64,000 bases of DNA from an uncultured Gammaproteobacteria bacterium (GCA_963848305.1 CAWKDC010000001.1:832001-896000), one strand, 5' to 3'; shown: positions 1 through 10,554, counted from the stretch's first letter. Program-made: numbers and translations. Notes: generated by a model not told the origin, from the letters alone.

Positions 1-274
1 TTAACCAATGGGGCATCGCTTCTTTATAAATGCGAGCCAATTTTGAACGCATATAAAGACTGTAATATAAAACAACCAGGCCTGAGCCTAGCGTAACATT
101 ACCCAATGGGGAAGAATAAAATGGCATATTCATATATTGATTAAATTTTCTTGAAAGATGAATACATGTGATGAGGCGAAATGGGATATAAATAAATCCA
201 AAATAGCCTGTCAAAAGAAAAAAAGCACTTTCAGAGAAAGTATGGGTTCTACAAATATCAATGATCGAATTCAA
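1..274 (-). CDS. Putative membrane protein, candidate immunity protein; runs off the window edge and is absent from the ORF track
   Basis: Manual translation from TTG at 274, which overlaps the upstream TGA and follows a G-rich SD-like run. The frame is open to base 2: LNSIIDICRTHTFSESAFFLLTGYFGFIYIPFRLITCIHL...VTLGSGLVVLYYSLYMR, with two hydrophobic segments. Confidence 0.5.
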   Translation of the reverse strand, partial: MNSIIDICRTHTFSESAFFLLTGYFGFIYIPFRLITCIHLSRKFNQYMNMPFYSSPLGNVTLGSGLVVLYYSLYMRSKLARIYKEAMPHWL

Positions 275-1275
275 TGGCTGCCCCCTGCTTCGATTGATAA
301 AGATTCTGGTTTTTGAAAAACACCTTGATGACGATACTCATAAAATGTCAAGAATGCATCTTGTCCCATTTGCTCAAAATCTTCACTGATAAACCCATTG
401 ACTATCATCCCGACGCCTGCAGATGCTAAGGCGATCGATATTGGGCCTGCACCAGGTGCAATGACAGCAGAAACAGCAACTACACCAAGACCAGCGATTC
501 TTGGCACAGCTGAACCTGATCCAAAACGGCCCGCAAATTTTCCCCATTCACTATAGGTTTCTCTAGTACACGCCTCTTCACTCAAATATTCACACGCAGT
601 TGAAATTTTTTCTTGCGTGTCATTAAAATCAAGTGCGATTAAACTGATGCCGCCGAGTTTCGCCGCGCCATGCAATACAGTGACAGAACGATACAATTCA
701 TCAAGAGGTGCCAAACGCCAAGTGGTAGGAACCCAGCGGTGCAAAGTATGTTGCGCGCGCAAGCCCATATCCACGACAGTGCTCGCGGTCAGTTGCCCGC
801 CCTTCACCAGCCTGTCACAAAAACTGGCTGTCATTCTGTCCATATTTTTCACAGCTTGTTCACGCATGGCTTTCAATGCTTGTCCCTTTGGATGTTGTTG
901 ATAGGCATCAGCCAACTGTTGGATGTGGCCTTTCATGGCGCCGAAAAATGCGTCGGCGACACCGGTTGTCATGCCCCACCGCTGCTTTGAGATATCTTCT
1001 ATCGATCGATACTCACCTTCCTTCTGTCCAACCGATTCCGCAAAACTGCCATATAATGCAAAATGATTTGTAAATTGCGGTGCTTCTGAAGCAGGAATTT
1101 TGGATCGGTGTGACTCAATTTTCCTCGCACTCTCGATCAAATCTGCCTTGAATGTTTGAAAAGCCCGGCTTTGCTCAGACACAATATAAAAAATTTGCCC
1201 AGGCTGAATCTGTTGAGCGAGATGCGGATTGGAATCGACAAAATGTGATCCTGCCCTTATCACTCGGATTTTCAT
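271..1275 (-). CDS. Toxin-like domain with a Gly/Ala-rich hydrophobic C-terminus; probably the C-terminal part of the VgrG ORF
   Basis: 334-aa ORF containing HFVDSNPHL...PGQIFYIV, a Cys pair (ACEYLSEEAC), then IAGLGVVAVSAVIAPGAGPISIALASAGVGMIV. Overlaps the VgrG ORF by 101 nt. Confidence 0.6.
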   Translation of the reverse strand: MKIRVIRAGSHFVDSNPHLAQQIQPGQIFYIVSEQSRAFQTFKADLIESARKIESHRSKIPASEAPQFTNHFALYGSFAESVGQKEGEYRSIEDISKQRWGMTTGVADAFFGAMKGHIQQLADAYQQHPKGQALKAMREQAVKNMDRMTASFCDRLVKGGQLTASTVVDMGLRAQHTLHRWVPTTWRLAPLDELYRSVTVLHGAAKLGGISLIALDFNDTQEKISTACEYLSEEACTRETYSEWGKFAGRFGSGSAVPRIAGLGVVAVSAVIAPGAGPISIALASAGVGMIVNGFISEDFEQMGQDAFLTFYEYRHQGVFQKPESLSIEAGGSH

Positions 1276-3547
1276 ACACTGAATTCAACACATCCTCAAA
1301 GGTACATTGCACCGGCGCAATGCTGAAATAAAGATCCCCAAGCTCACCCGGCTTAATCGGTTTTCCGTAAAACAGCGCGGATTGTCTCGGAGCAATCTGG
1401 TGAAAAACCAATGGAATGATCTGGTGACTGTTTGTCGATGCTGGTGACGTATTTTTAGGTGACAATGAGTGAACATGTGATGAGACATGTTCAGTTGAAT
1501 GCTTTTCGCCACTGCCAAAATTCACTTTGCCTTTTAAGGCTATTTTTTCAGCATTGATTTCAAACTTTTCGTCTGCCGAAAAAGTGATTCCTTCCCGATC
1601 AATCACACACGATACTTTCCCATCCCCTGACATCAACACAATTTTTTCATCGGACTCAATGATCATATTCTTGCCTGATTTCAATGATACTTCACCCGAA
1701 ACAATCATTTTGAAATCGCCATCTTTGGCATTCACGGTCACGGATTCCCCTGACTTGAGATTGAAGTGTTTATGATCGATTTCAAGATCTTGACCTGATT
1801 CAATCAACAAGTTTTTTTGAATGGTTGTCTTAATAGATTTTTTGGCGATCAATGAAATATTACCATCAAGCGATTTGACACGTTGTGATGTTCGCGCAGA
1901 TAGAATAGCTTCTTTTTTTGATACAGCGTTCCATGATCCGGATGTTTTCTGTGTGATATTCTGTCCGGCACTGATAGACAATAAACCGGCACTCTGAAGT
2001 GATATGCCCTGAGACTGTCCATTTTCCATGATCAACCCATGATGCGGAGATAGCTGCAGTGCAATGCCGGGATTTGCAGGATCATCATTCATGCGCAATT
2101 GCTGGCCACCACGGGTTGAAATCACATGTTGAAAGGGATCTGATTGAATACCTGAAATGTTTTCCTCAGGCATAACACCGACAATCACGGGAAGATCCAT
2201 TTCACCGTATAAAAAACTGATCAACACACGTGTCTGATCATGCAATGGAAAATTAAATCCTCCATCGGGACTCACGTAAGGCCGTATGCGCGGGAGATTT
2301 AAGATTGTCTTCTCATCAGAGAGATTGCCTTGAAAAATAACATGCTCTTCACCACGATCATTCAATAATGGACTTTCATGATTTCCTTGAATACGTGCTT
2401 CCATCAATAAAGGCAAAACAGTTTTAGGTGGTGATACAGCTCGCCAGGGTGCATTACTGGGCTGCAATATCAATTCATTATGATAACGAAGCGATTTTCC
2501 CCATAAAAAAAGGTGATGCTTCACATATCGAATCAAACACCTTGTCTCCTGTCCTTTGGCAACATCAACCACGTTCACCCAATGTCCAGCCTTCAGAGCA
2601 ATCGCATTGCTTTTTGCAGTGAAATATCGATAACCTTGCCCCTGCTCTTTTATTGTGATGTGTTGTGATGCACAAAGTGCAGTGAGGGACTGCGCATCAT
2701 ATTTGAATTGCTTGAAAGGTTTTGCGACGGTTCCTGCTTGATTGCCAGGCACACCTAAACACGAAATGCCGCTGTATAATCGAACGGGATGTTGATCTTC
2801 CCAATGCTTTTCTGAATCCCAATACTCTTCCGGTGTGATCGCAAATCGAAAAATATCTTCAAGTTCAAACGCACCTATTTGTTCTCCACCACTTTGAAGC
2901 AAATCTTCTTTTTCAACAAAAAAGAGTCTTTCAACACTGCAATAGCTTAATTGTTCTGGAGCGTTGACGAAATGAATGACCGGCTTATCTGTTGATTGCC
3001 AAATCACGATATTTTCTTGTGCAGTTAATTTTATCAAACAATCGTAATCGTTTTGGAGGACTTGCACTATGCGCGGACGAATGCTGCGGCAATCAAAATG
3101 CCATTGCATGGATGCCGACCCAATACCATGACGCATCAGCAATGCACTGACCCAGTCCTTTAAAGGGACCTCTTTGTCGGCGCGCAAGTGAACAGTCCCC
3201 TGCTTCAACTGGTGGAGCAGGCTCTCTAATTGACAATGAATTTTCCATGTTCCTGTCTCGGTCTCTTCCTGTGTGAAGGAAGAACACTTCCCGATCCAAG
3301 CGCGAACATCTCCATGTGCATCCTCGAGAGAGAAGCGCCATGTGTGTAAGATAAAATCTGTGCGATTCTGTGGATTGGCACAGTGACATGTGATCTCGAG
3401 GTTGAATGATCGACAAATCGCCTCTGTGATCGTGGCAGCAATAACGGAAAATGAAAAAGAGTCACGTTCTAAGGCGGCCTTGACGGGCATGTGGCCATTG
3501 GGATTAACAGATGAAGCAGTGTTTGGGTGCCGCATGAAAGAGTCCAT
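1175..3547 (-). CDS. vgrG: Divergent VgrG/Vgr-like spike protein (gp27/gp5-like)
   Basis: VQVLQNDYDCLIKL resembles the VgrG Q..EsD..F..RL motif. GGFNFPLHDQTRVLISFLYGEMDLPVIVG resembles the gp5 OB-fold motif. ISTRGGQQLRMND is followed by Ser/Gly/Lys beta-helix-like repeats. Confidence 0.75.
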   Translation of the reverse strand: MDSFMRHPNTASSVNPNGHMPVKAALERDSFSFSVIAATITEAICRSFNLEITCHCANPQNRTDFILHTWRFSLEDAHGDVRAWIGKCSSFTQEETETGTWKIHCQLESLLHQLKQGTVHLRADKEVPLKDWVSALLMRHGIGSASMQWHFDCRSIRPRIVQVLQNDYDCLIKLTAQENIVIWQSTDKPVIHFVNAPEQLSYCSVERLFFVEKEDLLQSGGEQIGAFELEDIFRFAITPEEYWDSEKHWEDQHPVRLYSGISCLGVPGNQAGTVAKPFKQFKYDAQSLTALCASQHITIKEQGQGYRYFTAKSNAIALKAGHWVNVVDVAKGQETRCLIRYVKHHLFLWGKSLRYHNELILQPSNAPWRAVSPPKTVLPLLMEARIQGNHESPLLNDRGEEHVIFQGNLSDEKTILNLPRIRPYVSPDGGFNFPLHDQTRVLISFLYGEMDLPVIVGVMPEENISGIQSDPFQHVISTRGGQQLRMNDDPANPGIALQLSPHHGLIMENGQSQGISLQSAGLLSISAGQNITQKTSGSWNAVSKKEAILSARTSQRVKSLDGNISLIAKKSIKTTIQKNLLIESGQDLEIDHKHFNLKSGESVTVNAKDGDFKMIVSGEVSLKSGKNMIIESDEKIVLMSGDGKVSCVIDREGITFSADEKFEINAEKIALKGKVNFGSGEKHSTEHVSSHVHSLSPKNTSPASTNSHQIIPLVFHQIAPRQSALFYGKPIKPGELGDLYFSIAPVQCTFEDVLNSVYENPSDKGRITFCRFQSASRSTDSAWANFLYCV

Positions 3548-3585
3548 TCTTATTATTTTTTCAGATAATCATTATTTTATAGATC

Positions 3586-3606
3586 ATCCCCGCCAAAGGC
3601 GGGGAT
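3586..3606 (-). terminator. GC-rich hairpin downstream of rplQ, probable end of the alpha operon
   Basis: ATCCCCGCC-AAA-GGCGGGGAT, perfect 9-bp stem; weak U-tract. Confidence 0.6.
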
Positions 3607-3622
3607 ATTAACAACTCATCAA

Positions 3623-3985
3623 TTACGCGATTGCATCAACCAGCTGAACATAGGCCATGGGTGCTTTATCGCCAGGACGAACACCACATTTCAAAATGCG
3701 CGTGTAACCGCCAGGGCGTTTGGCATTAGCAGGGCCGACTTTTTCAAATAATTTACGAACAGCATCATCATCGCGGAGGCGATCGAATGCCAAGCGTCGA
3801 TTTGCCACTGAATCCTCTTTCGCCAATGTGATGAAAGGTTCAGCCATACGGCGCAGTTCTTTTGCTTTGGGCAATGTGGTTCTGATGGTTTCATGTTTAA
3901 TCAAAGACGCAATCATGTTAGCGAACATCGCTTTGCGATGACTGCTTGTTCTGCTTAACTGACGTCCGGTATTACGGTGTCGCAT
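3623..3985 (-). CDS. rplQ: 50S ribosomal protein L17
   Basis: [24 protein letters not shown]; [10 protein letters not shown]. Confidence 0.98.
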   Translation of the reverse strand: MRHRNTGRQLSRTSSHRKAMFANMIASLIKHETIRTTLPKAKELRRMAEPFITLAKEDSVANRRLAFDRLRDDDAVRKLFEKVGPANAKRPGGYTRILKCGVRPGDKAPMAYVQLVDAIA

Positions 3986-4010
3986 AATGTCTAACCTCTT
4001 GTTACCATTT

Positions 4011-4060
4011 GAGGGCGCAAATATGCGCCCCTACAATCCGGGGCAAATAATTGCCCCTAT
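4011..4060 (-). repeat. Two tandem REP-like palindromes (GTAG family)
   Basis: Minus strand GTAGGGGCGCATATTTGCGCCCTC plus the degenerate ATAGGGGCAATTATTTGCCCC. Confidence 0.8.
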
Positions 4061-4063
4061 TCA

Positions 4064-5047
4064 TTACATACTCTTCAGTGATTCGGGCGGCCAGTTGTCA
4101 ACACGCATGCCCAATGACAGGCCACGGGTAGACAACACTTCTTTGATTTCATTCAAAGATTTTTTGCCCAAATTCGGTGTCTTCAACAGTTCACTTTCGG
4201 TGCGCTGAATCAAATCACCTATGTAAAATATGTTTTCCGCTTTCAAGCAATTGGCAGAGCGAACGGTCAATTCGAGATCATCCACAGTGCGCAAGAGCAG
4301 GGGATCAATTTGAGCCACTTCTCGTTTTGCATCTGCAGCTTGTTCCGCTTCCAAATCAACAAAAACACCCAACTGATCACGCAAAATCTTGGCCGCACGG
4401 CGAATAGCTTCTTCAGGATCAATCGTGCCATTTGTCACAAGATCAATCGTTAGCTTATCAAGATCGGTGCGTTGTTTCACACGGGCATTATCCACATGAT
4501 AGGATACTTTGCGAACAGGCGAGAAACTGGCGTCTAACACTAATTGACCAATTTTCAACTCTTCATCCGTTTCCACTTGTGTGGCTGGTACATAACCGCG
4601 ACCCAATGCAACGGTAATCGTCATGCTGATTTCAGCATTGCCAGTGATGTGACAAATGACTTGTTCTGGATTAATAATATCCACATCCGCGTCGGATTGA
4701 ATATCGCCTGCCAAAACAGGACCCCGACCTGATTTTTTCAGTGTCAATACTTTTGTCATACCATGATTCAGGATGATGGCAATATTCTTCAGGTTGAGTA
4801 GAATTTCAACCACGTCTTCCTGAATGCCATCAATCGTCGTATATTCATGCAATACGTTTTCAATTTCCACTTTAACAATGGCAGCCCCAGGCATAGAAGA
4901 CAGTAAAACACGGCGCAGTGCGAAACCCAGGGTGGAACCAAATCCACGTTCCAGGGGTTCCAACACAATGCGTGCACTGTGGCGGCCAAGTTGTTCCACT
5001 TCCACGATACGTGGCTTCAAAAATTCATTTGGCGAGGAGCTTTCCAT
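4064..5047 (-). CDS. rpoA: RNA polymerase alpha subunit
   Basis: LEPLERGFG; [16 protein letters not shown]; [12 protein letters not shown]. Confidence 0.99.
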   Translation of the reverse strand: MESSSPNEFLKPRIVEVEQLGRHSARIVLEPLERGFGSTLGFALRRVLLSSMPGAAIVKVEIENVLHEYTTIDGIQEDVVEILLNLKNIAIILNHGMTKVLTLKKSGRGPVLAGDIQSDADVDIINPEQVICHITGNAEISMTITVALGRGYVPATQVETDEELKIGQLVLDASFSPVRKVSYHVDNARVKQRTDLDKLTIDLVTNGTIDPEEAIRRAAKILRDQLGVFVDLEAEQAADAKREVAQIDPLLLRTVDDLELTVRSANCLKAENIFYIGDLIQRTESELLKTPNLGKKSLNEIKEVLSTRGLSLGMRVDNWPPESLKSM

Positions 5048-5068
5048 CGACGCATCTCCAGTTAGAAA

Positions 5069-5692
5069 TTATTTCGAATAGAGCTCAACGATGAGCTGTT
5101 CATTAATGTCTGATGGCAAATCGCTGCGCTCAGGCATGCGGAGGAATGTTCCTTGCATGGCTGCAGCATCAACTTGTACCCAATCTGAATCATGCTGTTC
5201 GGCAAAATCCAGCGCAGACTTAACACGGAGTTGTTGCTTGGAGCGTTCCTTCAATGCCACCACATCACCTGGCTTCAAAATATAAGAAGGGATGTTAATG
5301 ATGCGTCCGTTCACCATCACCGAGCGATGGCTCACCAATTGACGGGCTTCAGAGCGTGATGCACCAAAACCCATGCGATATACAACACTGTCTAAACGCG
5401 ATTCAAGCAAAGCCAGCAGGTTATGACCTGTAGGACCTTTACGTCTTGCGGCTTCTTTGTAATAGAGCTTGAATTGCTCTTCAATCAAACCATAAATACG
5501 GCGTACCTTTTGCTTTTCGCGCATCATGACGCCATAGTTACTTAAGCGGGTACGCGCCTTACCATGTTGACCAGGAGGCGTGTTACGCTTCTCAATGGCA
5601 CATTTGGCAGTGAAACATTTCGTGCCCTTTAGAAAAAGCTTTTGACCTTCACGTCTGCATTGACGGCATTTTGGTCCGTGTATATCTGACAT
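5069..5692 (-). CDS. rpsD: 30S ribosomal protein S4
   Basis: [18 protein letters not shown]; [15 protein letters not shown]; [11 protein letters not shown]. Start trimmed to ATG 5692. Confidence 0.98.
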   Translation of the reverse strand: MSDIHGPKCRQCRREGQKLFLKGTKCFTAKCAIEKRNTPPGQHGKARTRLSNYGVMMREKQKVRRIYGLIEEQFKLYYKEAARRKGPTGHNLLALLESRLDSVVYRMGFGASRSEARQLVSHRSVMVNGRIINIPSYILKPGDVVALKERSKQQLRVKSALDFAEQHDSDWVQVDAAAMQGTFLRMPERSDLPSDINEQLIVELYSK

Positions 5693-5774
5693 ATGCTCTC
5701 TACTCCAACAATAAAAACCCAACTGACAAGACAATCCGACATCTTGCAGATATCGTAAGGCGCTCCCCTACGGA

Positions 5775-6170
5775 TTAAATTCTACGCTCACCTGCATCGC
5801 GGCACCCGTTGTGGGGAACCCCGGTCTTATCTAATATCTCTGATATCGCAAAGAATTTTCCCAACGCTTTGATAGCGGGTTCGCGACCAGGGCCAGCGCC
5901 CTTGATAACGATTGCCACGCTTTTCAAACCATACGCTTGCGCTGCTTCAGAAGCCTTCTCGCCAGCCATTTGGGCTGCATAAGGTGTGCTTTTACGCGAA
6001 CCCTTAAACCCACAAGCGCCTGAAGAAGAGCAGCACAAAGGATTCCCGACACGATCCGAGATAGTGATGATCGTGTTATTAAAAGATGCTCGAACGTGCG
6101 CGACGCCATCAAGAACCTTACGAACTTTACGTACTTTATCTTTCTTTTTCGATTTTGCAGCTGTTGCCAT
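5775..6170 (-). CDS. rpsK: 30S ribosomal protein S11
   Basis: [10 protein letters not shown]; [14 protein letters not shown]; PHNGCR. Confidence 0.97.
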   Translation of the reverse strand: MATAAKSKKKDKVRKVRKVLDGVAHVRASFNNTIITISDRVGNPLCCSSSGACGFKGSRKSTPYAAQMAGEKASEAAQAYGLKSVAIVIKGAGPGREPAIKALGKFFAISEILDKTGVPHNGCRDAGERRI

Positions 6171-6196
6171 AATCTTTTCAACCTATATCAACGTTA

Positions 6197-6604
6197 TTAC
6201 TTCACACGAGATGCTGTTTTAGCATTATTACGTGTATTTTGGCCACGGCATGGGAGACCCATGAAATGACGCAAACCACGGTAGCTGCGAATCTTTTGAA
6301 GACGCATCTTGTTGCCCGCGACTTGTCTGCGCAGCTCACCTTCAACGGTATAGCGAGCCAGGACTTCACGAATCGCAGCTTCTTCTTCCGTTGTGATGAA
6401 ACGAGCCTTTTTAGAAGGATCGACACCCGCAGCCTTGCAAATTTCTAAAGCCCTGGGCTTACCTACGCCAAAGATGCTGGTCAAACCAGCCCATATATGG
6501 GCATTGAGGTTAATCTCAATACCGACAAATCTTAAACCCGTACGGCCACCCATTGGGGCGCCACGACCAGTTGAACCACTAGATGTGCTACCAGATACAC
6601 TCAC
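6197..6604 (-). CDS. rpsM: 30S ribosomal protein S13 with possible N-terminal extension
   Basis: LTSIFGVG; YTVEGELRRQV; SYRGLRHFMGLPCRGQNT. Confidence 0.95.
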   Translation of the reverse strand: MSVSGSTSSGSTGRGAPMGGRTGLRFVGIEINLNAHIWAGLTSIFGVGKPRALEICKAAGVDPSKKARFITTEEEAAIREVLARYTVEGELRRQVAGNKMRLQKIRSYRGLRHFMGLPCRGQNTRNNAKTASRVK

Positions 6605-6640
6605 AAGCTTCTTCCCATATCAAAATTAAAAGGACAAAGG

Positions 6641-6669
6641 ATCATAACCAGAACAACACAAAAGGTCAA
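6641..6669 (-). promoter_or_regulatory. Sigma70-type alpha-operon promoter
   Basis: TTGACC-N17-TATGAT on the minus strand upstream of rpsM. Confidence 0.65.
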
Positions 6670-6682
6670 GCATTATAGCGCC

Positions 6683-6796
6683 CTAACCTTGTGCTTGTTT
6701 ATGGGTTTTTTCCTCACATTGAATGAGTACTCTACCCTTCCGGCGAATTACCTTACACTTCTTACAGCGCTTTTTGACAGACGCACGTACTATCAT
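6683..6796 (-). CDS. rpmJ: 50S ribosomal protein L36, zinc-ribbon form; not in the ORF track
   Basis: Manual translation [37 protein letters not shown]. Confidence 0.97.
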   Translation of the reverse strand: MIVRASVKKRCKKCKVIRRKGRVLIQCEEKTHKQAQG

Positions 6797-6903
6797 TTTA
6801 TAACTCCTCGATAAACATCGTAAAATTCCCCGCATCACGTTACACGCGATGCTGCCCCCTTTTATAAGAGGGCAAATACCCCTTTCCCGACAAAAAAGTC
6901 AAC

Positions 6904-8186
6904 TTATTTAGGCTGAACCTTCTTCATCAATGACTCATACTGATAAGACATCAGATGGGTCTGAACCTGCTGCATCATATCCATCACCACTACGACCACA
7001 ATCAACAAAGAAGTGCCGCCGAAGACAAAGGGAACATTCCAGGCCAATACCATAAATTGAGGCAATAGGCACACAAAAGCCAGATAAAGTGCCCCTATCA
7101 AGGTAAGACGGGTCATGACAGTGTCAATGTACCGGGCTGTTTGCTCACCCGGGCGCATGCCTGGGATAAAAGCACCTGATTTCTTCAATGTGTCCGCGGT
7201 TTCTTCGGGATTATACACAAGTGCGGTATAAAAGAATGCAAAAAAGATGATGGCGACCAAAAATAATGCAATATAAAGGGGCTGCCCAGGAGAAAGCATG
7301 GCCGTCAAGGAGGACAGAAAGCCCGATTGACCCGCTGTAAAGAACTGGGAAATGGTTGCAGGGAATAATAGGATGGCCGAGGCAAAAATAGGGGGTATGA
7401 CGCCCGCCATATTGACTTTTAGGGGTAAATGGGTGGTTTGTGCGGCATAGACCTTATGGCCATGCTGGCGCTTGGCATAATTCACAGTGATGCGTCTTTG
7501 ACCGCGCTCAACAAACACGACGAAGGCAGTGATGGCGACAACGCCGATGGCCAGCACAATGAGTGTCAAGATGTTCATTTGACCTTCACGCGTCATCATG
7601 AGCACCTGACCTATGGCCCAGGGAAACCAGCCGCAATACCCGCAAAAATGATCAAGGAAATGCCATTGCCAATCCCCCGCTCAGTCATTTGTTCACCAAG
7701 CCACATCAGGAACATGGTGCCAGTGATCAGGGTGGTACAGACCACAAAGTAGAAGGGGAAACCGGTCATCAAGGCTACACCGGCACCTTGCAAAAACTTT
7801 GCCAATCCAATGGATTGAAACAAGGCCAAGCCTACTGTGCCCATCCGGGTATATTGGTTAATCTTGCGTCGACCCACATCACCCTGTTTCTTCAACTCAG
7901 CCATGGCTGGGGAAACAACAGACAACATTTGGGTAATAATAGAGGCGGAGATATAAGGCATGATACCGAGGGCAAAGACGGTAAAACGCGTTAATGCACC
8001 GCCAGAAAACATATTGAATAAATCAAGGATAGTGCTACCTTGTGCACTGAAAAACTCACGCAGCTTTACAGGGTCAATCCCAGGCACAGGAACATGTGAA
8101 CCGATGCGATACACAATGATCGCGCCAATCACGAATAAAATTTTATTTCTCAAGGCGACTAGCGGCGCCTGTGCTGGATTTGCCAT
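6904..8186 (-). CDS. secY: Preprotein translocase SecY; split by a 1-nt deletion near 7617, likely sequencing error
   Basis: [54 protein letters not shown]. The two ORFs join if one G is restored in GGG-GCC. Confidence 0.96.
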
Positions 8187-8198
8187 GATATTTCCTTG

Positions 8199-8633
8199 TT
8201 AGGCGACGCTGCCACCTGCAGCTTCGATCAATTTCTGCGCACCTGCAGAAACACGTATGCCCACTACCTTGATAGGTTGCTTGAGTTCTGCTGTACCAAA
8301 AATTTTAACAAACTTGATCGTGTGGTTGATGAAGTCCATGGAACGCAATGTTTCGATGTTCACTTCTAACGCGTGATCCCAGGCAGCAAGGCTTTCCAAA
8401 TTCACTTCAGCTGTTTGACGACCGATACGTGATCTAAAACCATATTTTGCTAAACGGCGGTACAAAGGCATTTGTCCGCCTTCAAAGCCTGGACGAACAC
8501 CACCGCTTTTACGCGATTTTTGTCCCTTATGGCCTCGACCGCAAGTCTTACCCAAACCACTGCCTTGGCCGCGGCCAACACGTACACCCTTTTTGCGGGC
8601 TCCGGGTGCAGACTGTAATGTATTTAATTTCAT
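8199..8633 (-). CDS. rplO: 50S ribosomal protein L15
   Basis: RVGRGQGSGLGKTCGRGHKGQKSR; GFEGGQMPLYRRL. Confidence 0.98.
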   Translation of the reverse strand: MKLNTLQSAPGARKKGVRVGRGQGSGLGKTCGRGHKGQKSRKSGGVRPGFEGGQMPLYRRLAKYGFRSRIGRQTAEVNLESLAAWDHALEVNIETLRSMDFINHTIKFVKIFGTAELKQPIKVVGIRVSAGAQKLIEAAGGSVA

Positions 8634-8655
8634 GGCATAATCCTTTCTTACATCT

Positions 8656-9180
8656 TTATGAACCAGACTTCTCTGTAGCTTGGAGGTCGCTCACAGAAAT
8701 ACCACGCTTCGCCGCAATATATTCTGGAGAAGTCATGGAGGTGAGCCCTTTGAGTGTCGCATGAACGACATTCAGAGGATTGGATGAACCAATACACTTG
8801 CCCAACACATTATGAACGCCAGCGACTTCCAGAACAGCACGCATCGCGCCACCGGCGATAATACCCGTACCTTCGGTTGCAGGAAGCATGACAATCTTAG
8901 AGGCACCATGACGAGCATGCACATCATGGAACAAAGTGCCATGGTTCAGGTGAACCTTGATCATACTTCTACGTGCACTTTCTAAAGCTTTAGCAATCGC
9001 CAATGGCGCTTCAGCAGATTTACCTCTGCCTACGCCCACACGGCCATTACCATCACCCACGACCACGCAGGCCGCAAAGCTAAACCGACGACCGCCTTTT
9101 ACCACAGTCGCTGTACGCATAACGCCCACTAATCTTTCGAGAAGGCCGTCGCTCTTGGTTGTTGAGTCAAATCCAGACAT
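8656..9180 (-). CDS. rpsE: 30S ribosomal protein S5
   Basis: [10 protein letters not shown]; [10 protein letters not shown]; [15 protein letters not shown]. Confidence 0.98.
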   Translation of the reverse strand: MSGFDSTTKSDGLLERLVGVMRTATVVKGGRRFSFAACVVVGDGNGRVGVGRGKSAEAPLAIAKALESARRSMIKVHLNHGTLFHDVHARHGASKIVMLPATEGTGIIAGGAMRAVLEVAGVHNVLGKCIGSSNPLNVVHATLKGLTSMTSPEYIAAKRGISVSDLQATEKSGS

Positions 9181-9191
9181 TGATTACACCC

Positions 9192-9572
9192 TTAAAATTG
9201 TAAACCCGCTTCCCGTGCTTTATCTGCTAGCGCTTTGACACGCCCTTGATAAAGAAACCCGGAGCGGTCAAACGCAACATTTGTATACCCTGCTTCAATC
9301 GCCGCTTTAGCAATTGCAGCACCCACTTTTTCTGCCGCTTCTACATTACCTGTGTACTTGAGCTCTGTGCGCAAGGTAGGAGACAATGTTGAAACGCATG
9401 CAACAACTTCGTCAGAGATGCCACTCTTAGAAAGACCCTTTGGAACGATGATCTGTGCATAAATATGACGAGGTGTTTTGTGAACACACAAACGCACTTC
9501 GTTCAAACGACGTTGAATCGCCCGTGTCTTCTTGCTACGCCGTACGCGTGCAGCAACCTTTGAATTTTTCAT
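9192..9572 (-). CDS. rplR: 50S ribosomal protein L18
   Basis: HIYAQII; [28 protein letters not shown]. Confidence 0.97.
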   Translation of the reverse strand: MKNSKVAARVRRSKKTRAIQRRLNEVRLCVHKTPRHIYAQIIVPKGLSKSGISDEVVACVSTLSPTLRTELKYTGNVEAAEKVGAAIAKAAIEAGYTNVAFDRSGFLYQGRVKALADKAREAGLQF

Positions 9573-9584
9573 GATCAAACCTTC

Positions 9585-10136
9585 CTACTTCTTCGCTTCT
9601 TTCAGCACAATGATCTCATCCGCATAACGAACGCCTTTGCCCTTATAAGGCTCTGGCGGACGGAAAGCACGGATATTCGCAGCCACCTGACCCACCAAAT
9701 GCTTGTCCATACCCTTCACAATGATATCTGTGAGCGTAGGCGCTTCGATTGTAATGCCTTCGGGGATAGCAAATTGGACAGGATGGGAAAAGCCCAATGT
9801 CAAATTCAACTGTTTACCTTGAACTTGCGCACGATAACCCACGCCTACCAATGTTAATTTAATTTCGAACCCTTTCGTTACACCGTGAACCAAGTTCGCC
9901 AATATAGCGCGCATGGTACCTGTGACCGCAATGACTTTCTGCTCTGACTCAGTTTCTTTGTTTGCAGATGGTTCGAGTTGAATAACGTTGTCCACCAAGC
10001 TCCACTTTACTGAAGGATGCAATTTCAATGCCAGGCTGCCTTTCGGTCCCTTGATTGTCACTTCAGACCCATCAAAGCTCGCTGTGACAGCGGGCGGCAG
10101 GGGTAAAGGACTCTTTGCTAATCGTGTTGATGCCAT
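9585..10136 (-). CDS. rplF: 50S ribosomal protein L6
   Basis: LVGVGYRAQ; LGFSHPV; RPPEPYKGKGVRY. Confidence 0.98.
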   Translation of the reverse strand: MASTRLAKSPLPLPPAVTASFDGSEVTIKGPKGSLALKLHPSVKWSLVDNVIQLEPSANKETESEQKVIAVTGTMRAILANLVHGVTKGFEIKLTLVGVGYRAQVQGKQLNLTLGFSHPVQFAIPEGITIEAPTLTDIIVKGMDKHLVGQVAANIRAFRPPEPYKGKGVRYADEIIVLKEAKK

Positions 10137-10147
10137 AACTGCTCCGT

Positions 10148-10543
10148 TTACGCAACCATACAAATAATTTCGCCACCAACACCTAATTGCTTGGCCTTCT
10201 GACCGGTCATCAAGCCTTTAGATGTGGAAACAACATAACAACCCAAGCCATTCAGCAGAGGACGTAACTCTTTAGCACCCTTGTATTTACGGAGTGCGGG
10301 ACGGCTGACGCGTGAAATCAACGAAATCACAGGCTTGCCTTGATAATATTTTAACGCAACATGAAGCATGGGGACATTGCCTACCGTTTCTTCACGGTAT
10401 GCTTCAATGAAGCCTTCCTCATGTAACACCCTGAGCAGATCCTTCTTATGCTTGGAAGAAGGAACAAACACTGTGGGATGTTGGCGCTCGCCAGCATTGC
10501 GAATGCGGGTAAGCATATCTGAAATTGGGTCTTGCATACTCAT
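10148..10543 (-). CDS. rpsH: 30S ribosomal protein S8
   Basis: MSMQDPISDMLTRIRNA; STSKGLMT; GVGGEII. Confidence 0.98.
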   Translation of the reverse strand: MSMQDPISDMLTRIRNAGERQHPTVFVPSSKHKKDLLRVLHEEGFIEAYREETVGNVPMLHVALKYYQGKPVISLISRVSRPALRKYKGAKELRPLLNGLGCYVVSTSKGLMTGQKAKQLGVGGEIICMVA

Positions 10544-10554
10544 CTTTTTACACC

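Noticed and set aside
5736-5773. Additional REP between rpsK and rpsD
   Set aside because: Only the CCCCTAC end matches; the palindrome is too degenerate to call.
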